From assembly GCA_038523235.1 (NCBI GenBank), contig JBCBJQ010000099.1, positions 1 to 22,269 of the forward strand: a stretch of DNA of 22,269 nt, read 5' to 3'. Shown one piece after another: positions 18,520 to 22,269 of the stretch (positions within the stretch are counted from its first letter, which is position 1; every line of letters begins with the position of its first letter). Source of the DNA: Cyanobacteria bacterium J06626_4 (GTDB lineage: Bacteria; Cyanobacteriota; Cyanobacteriia; Phormidesmidales; Phormidesmidaceae). The notes beneath the pieces were generated by a model. That model made no database searches. It was given only the letters and a program-made list of their open reading frames with translations, and was not told where the DNA came from. A program made the translations under genes and the position numbers.

Positions 18520-19098
18520 ATGGGACGAAAAAACCTGGCCGCCGAGCGGCGAGAGGACATCCTCGATGCTTTCGAGCAGTGCATCCTAGCGCGGGGCATT
18601 GAGGGCAGCTCGTTTCAGCACATCGCTCAGGTGCTGGGGCTGGATCGGAAAATGATCAGCCACTATTTCGGGAGTCGAGAGGCTTTGGTCGATGCGATGA
18701 CCCAGCGCATCGTTGATGCCTTTGACTCGCGCACGAATGACGCTCTGGCGAATCTGCCACCGTCGGCAGGGTTTATGGAACTTGTCGATGCGTTCTACGG
18801 TTCGGAGGATGCGCTTGAGCGGACGGAAATCCTCTGGACGGAGATCGTGGCCTACGCGACGCGATCCGAAACCGTGCGCGATCGCCTACGACAGAGTTAC
18901 GACAAGATGCTCTGGGCCGTGGACGAAACCCTAAGGCGTGAATATCCGCAGGCACCGGCAAGTCAACTGCAGACGGCAGCCTATACCGTGGTCATCTTGC
19001 TCGATCGCGCACCCACATTTGACTTGATCGGCGTCAAAGGGGCTCCAATCAAGTCGGCCAAGGTAGCGATCGCAAAAGTATTGGAGAGTCTGGAGTGA
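18520..19098 (+). CDS. TetR/AcrR family transcriptional regulator
   Basis: RREDILDA...G....S...IA..LG.....ISHYF.SRE.L HTH; ATG 18520 follows AGGAG. Confidence 0.9.
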   Translation: MGRKNLAAERREDILDAFEQCILARGIEGSSFQHIAQVLGLDRKMISHYFGSREALVDAMTQRIVDAFDSRTNDALANLPPSAGFMELVDAFYGSEDALERTEILWTEIVAYATRSETVRDRLRQSYDKMLWAVDETLRREYPQAPASQLQTAAYTVVILLDRAPTFDLIGVKGAPIKSAKVAIAKVLESLE

Positions 19099-19265
19099 CT
19101 AAGCTCTGGGCCTCAATCGACTGATATGTGATTCGGCTCGGCAGGCTTAAACGGGGGCGGTATTCAAAGAACGAGATCGGCTTGCCATCCACGCTTCAGT
19201 CATATGGGAGCAGGATTGCGACCAATACTCGATAGGTCATACCATTCTTGGGAAGAGACGGCTGC

Positions 19266-19612
19266 TGTTGTTCAACCCCACCGGTAGTGCTTTACGGGAG
19301 CGGGGTGGGAGATCGCAAGATGATGCAAATTACGGACTACATTCACGCTCACCTTGATCAAGCCATCAAGTTAGCCGACTTGGCCGAGATGGCAGGCATC
19401 AGGCCAGCCGCTTATTCAAACAGTCGATGGGCATCACACCCCATCAATGCCTAACTTAGCAGCGCATTGAGCAGGCTAAGCAATTTTTGAAAGGCAAGAC
19501 AGGGGCGATCGCCGAGATTGCCCTGCAGTGTGGCTTCAATAGCCAGAGTCACTTCACCAAACACTTTCGAGACGAGATCGGCATGACACCCAGCCATTAT
19601 CGTCAAAATTAG
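19266..19612 (+). pseudogene. AraC-family regulator C-terminal relic (frameshift plus internal stop)
   Basis: DYIHAHLDQAIKLADLAEMAGI, frameshift, RLFKQSMGITPHQCLT*QRIEQAKQFL...IAEIALQCGFNSQSHFTKHFRDEIGMTPSHYR; TAG at 19457-19459; N-terminus absent. Start is approximate. Confidence 0.85.
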
Positions 19613-19620
19613 TTCTGGCA

Positions 19621-19706
19621 AGATGACAGCTCAAATCAGTGGCGGAAGTAACCTTGAACTCAGTATCAACAGCTTATAAACGTCCGCTGAATTTGAATTG
19701 TCAGGT
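19621..19706 (-). repeat. attC-like imperfect inverted repeat downstream of the RidA gene
   Basis: Minus strand ACCTGAC-AATTCAAATTCAGCGGACG...CGCCACTGATTTGAGCT-GTCATCT: paired arms with two extra bases in the left arm; cores are GAC/GTC rather than AAC/GTT. Confidence 0.5.
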
Positions 19707-19758
19707 GGCTCTTCTGTAATATCTTCAGTCACATTATTAAGGTCTGATCCTGCTTGGG

Positions 19759-20151
19759 CTACTCATCCTTGACAGCAGTACCCATCACTTTGATTTTGCT
19801 ATTGAACGGCAATGCTGCGGCTTGATAAATTGTTCGAGCAGGTCGTTTGTCCGTTGGAAAAAGATTGGAAAATAATGTGTTTACCTCATTCAGGTCAGCA
19901 AGGTCAATAAAAGCAATATCGACGAAGACAATTTCATCGTTTGAAAAACCTGCAGCTTTCACCGCAGCAAAAAAGTTATCAAAAGCACGCTCTGCCTCTT
20001 CCCGCGCAGAACCAGGCAAATATTGTCCAGAACCATCAACTGAAACTTGACCACTGACGTAGCACGTATTGCCGACCACGACTGCATGGCTAATTGGCAT
20101 AGACCACTGCGGTAGCCCTTCTCCCTGTGTAATGAATCTTCGAGAACTCAC
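19759..20151 (-). CDS. RidA/YjgF/YER057c family protein
   Basis: SHAV..G...YVSGQV, F.....PART....LP; start probably GTG 20151 (GGGGA upstream). Confidence 0.88.
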   Translation of the reverse strand: MSSRRFITQGEGLPQWSMPISHAVVVGNTCYVSGQVSVDGSGQYLPGSAREEAERAFDNFFAAVKAAGFSNDEIVFVDIAFIDLADLNEVNTLFSNLFPTDKRPARTIYQAAALPFNSKIKVMGTAVKDE

Positions 20152-20223
20152 AGTAGCATTCCCCACAAACAACATTGACAATATCGTCTCATAAGCCAAT
20201 TCGTGGTAACTGGATTGTGATCG

Positions 20224-20318
20224 CGCATCAAACAGGCTCAGCAGTTGTTGAAGGGGATGAGGCGGCGATTTCAGAAATTGCCTTACAGCGCAAATTCAAT
20301 AGCCAAAGTTACTTCAGC
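20224..20318 (+). pseudogene. Second, shorter AraC HTH relic
   Basis: RIKQAQQLLKG, frameshift, AAISEIALQRKFNSQSYFS; homologous to about 19463-19558. Confidence 0.65.
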
Positions 20319-20384
20319 TACAGCACCCTTGCTCAACTACTTAAAGAACTGCATCAATGACTAACTCTGGTTCTTCTCAATTGG

Positions 20385-21296
20385 CTAGCCCCAGTGATGT
20401 TGTCGAGCTTCATTGACGATCCCTTGAGCCTCTTCGAGTGAAATGTCATAGCGGGTGCTCAAGAGTTGAGGAATACGATCGCAGTCGCGATTGGGATTCA
20501 CACGGGGTTGTTGAGCATAAGCAGGCAGAGCAACATTACATAAAAAAGGCGAAGGTTGAGCCTTTAGTTGAAACGGCTCAAGATTGAGAGCTTCTCGTGA
20601 ATTAATAAAAAATAGCAAGGCCCCGCTGAGGTTGGCATCGCTGAGGTTGGCATCGCTGATTAAGGCACAGTTGAGGTCAGCCCCGCTGAGGTTAGCGCAG
20701 TTGAAGTCAGCCCCACTGAGGTTGGCATACCTCAGGTTGGCCCCACTGAGGTTGGCATATCTGAGCCCAGCTTTGTTGAGGTCAGCACCATTCAGGTTGG
20801 CGCTGATGAGGTTGGCACCGCTGAGGTTGGCACCGCTGAGGTTAGCACCGCTCAGCTCAGCTCCGTTGAGGTTGGCCCCGCTGAGGTCGGCCCCGCTGAG
20901 GTTGGCGTCACTGAGGTTAGCCCCGTTGAGGTTAGCCCCGTTGAGGTCAGCCCCACAAAAGTCAGCCCCGATAAGGTCAGCACAGCAGAAATCAGCACCG
21001 CTGAGGTCGAAAGTCTCAGCATTGCTTTTGGTCATGCGGAACTTGAATAATAGGAAGACTCCAGCGGCAACCACTGCTATCGCGCCAAGATCACTAATAG
21101 AGGCTTCACGATGGGGGTCAACAAGGGGGGCGCTTTCGTTCTGGGAGCGGTAACCCTCATCGGGTTGCAGACTGCGATGAGGGAGTAGCCACAGCCACCC
21201 CACCATGCCGAGACAGACTGGAGTGGCGATCGCTCCCATCAGCCACCACTTGTTGAGCTTTCCCTTTGGCGATCGCTGCTCGAATCGCTCCCGCAT
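20385..21296 (-). CDS. Membrane-anchored pentapeptide repeat protein
   Basis: Two TM segments, then a long A(D/N)LSG repeat tract (15-nt DNA periodicity); AAGGGAG upstream. Confidence 0.88.
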   Translation of the reverse strand: MRERFEQRSPKGKLNKWWLMGAIATPVCLGMVGWLWLLPHRSLQPDEGYRSQNESAPLVDPHREASISDLGAIAVVAAGVFLLFKFRMTKSNAETFDLSGADFCCADLIGADFCGADLNGANLNGANLSDANLSGADLSGANLNGAELSGANLSGANLSGANLISANLNGADLNKAGLRYANLSGANLRYANLSGADFNCANLSGADLNCALISDANLSDANLSGALLFFINSREALNLEPFQLKAQPSPFLCNVALPAYAQQPRVNPNRDCDRIPQLLSTRYDISLEEAQGIVNEARQHHWG

Positions 21297-21570
21297 GCTT
21301 AAGGCTCCCTTACTGCTGAGCCCATTATTACGCCCCTGATTCGGGGAGGCTCTAATCTTTAGGCATGCTTAAACACTCCGGCGTTCATGCCCAAGCAAGC
21401 GGGCACTTCTTGACTGTGTCGTCAGCCTTTTGGCAATTTACCGTCGTCGGGACGGGTTACCTCGCTTCGGCTTAGGACGGACTTCCAACTGCAGCTACCT
21501 GATTCAGCAACGGGTTGAGCAATGAAGGGGACAAAAGGAACGATCGCTGTTCTGGTAGAGCTATTTGCGG

Positions 21571-22050
21571 TTACTTCTCTGATTCTACAAGCCTACCGAG
21601 AGCTTCAACCGACTGCCGCCAACCGCTTTCCATGCCGCTTGCCACCATCTCATCCCGGTCTGCTACGGTCATGGCTGTGCTATGCGTACGAATCTCAGTC
21701 GTATGTTCATCAATGGCGACAAACTCGGTTTTTTCCAACATGACATGCCCGCGTTCCGGCATTCCCAAAAATTCAAACGTTTGCACAATTCGTTCATCCT
21801 GGGCGACTTCATGAAAACAGCCAGTGAACTCATACTCGTTACCGTCTTCGGATTGCTCCGCAATGTGCCAACTGCCGCCATTTTTGCAGTCGAAGTGGTA
21901 TACCTTCATCGGATTACCGCGGCACCACCAGCTCGAAAAGAGTTCCTCTTGGGTGTAAGCCTCAAACACCTTTTTCAACGGCGCATTGATTGTGACAACA
22001 CCCAGGATATTTTGTGAATTTTCTGGGGCTGTTACCTTCAGATTTGCCAT
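21571..22050 (-). CDS. SRPBCC (AHA1-like) domain protein
   Basis: INAP..KVF.AYT......WW, D...GG.W, F.G.F.EV....RIVQTF, GME.GW; AGGAG RBS. Confidence 0.9.
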   Translation of the reverse strand: MANLKVTAPENSQNILGVVTINAPLKKVFEAYTQEELFSSWWCRGNPMKVYHFDCKNGGSWHIAEQSEDGNEYEFTGCFHEVAQDERIVQTFEFLGMPERGHVMLEKTEFVAIDEHTTEIRTHSTAMTVADRDEMVASGMESGWRQSVEALGRLVESEK

Positions 22051-22069
22051 ATCACTATCTCCTGCCTTG

Positions 22070-22269
22070 TCATTGATCTTCGAGTAGTTTTTCTAAAGCA
22101 TCAAAGCGAGCCCCCCATACTTTTTCATACTCACTAAGATGGGCTGCCGCTTCTTTGATAGCTTGCGGTTGAATCTGAATCACCTTCTCCTTTCCGCTTT
22201 GACGCTTGACAATTAGTCCGGCTTTTTCCAGCACGCTGATATGCTTGGCGATCGCCGCAAAGGACATCG
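22070..22269 (-). CDS. ArsR/SmtB family regulator, 5'-truncated by the window edge
   Basis: MS..AI.KH..VLE.AGLI.....G.E, W..RFD.L..LL; classic ArsR-SRPBCC pair. Confidence 0.88.
   Translation of the reverse strand, partial: MSFAAIAKHISVLEKAGLIVKRQSGKEKVIQIQPQAIKEAAAHLSEYEKVWGARFDALEKLLEDQ

Noticed and set aside
20584..21153. 189-aa plus-strand ORF and CRISPR-like periodicity
   Set aside because: Antisense shadow of the pentapeptide repeat; the 15-nt coding repeats have no unique spacers.

Overview
Cyanobacterial chromosome segment: HIP1 GCGATCGC octamers are abundant and a HetZ-related gene is present, suggesting a filamentous Leptolyngbya-like organism (inference). The left part looks core-like: partial LuxR-type regulator, DJ-1/PfpI, a lone phnK, HetZ-related protein, GNAT, a 59-aa membrane ORF missed by the track, ExoD, a membrane hydrolase and iscS. 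Next is a PtxABC-type phosphite/phosphonate ABC transporter with no ptxD. It lies between intact iscS and a second, diverged, internally deleted iscS copy that starts exactly at a HIP1 site, which looks like a captured gene-acquisition event. The right part is accessory: orphan membrane proteins and lipoproteins, and a signal peptide-polyGly-Hint(BIL)-TM-Tim44 protein. It also has a TetR-controlled amine oxidase/MDR/GNAT/SnoaL cluster with a clear operator and promoter, AraC relics around a RidA gene with an attC-like hairpin, a pentapeptide protein with a structured leader, and ArsR-SRPBCC. No rRNA, tRNA, CRISPR or transposase was seen. All family calls come from motif recognition, not database searches.
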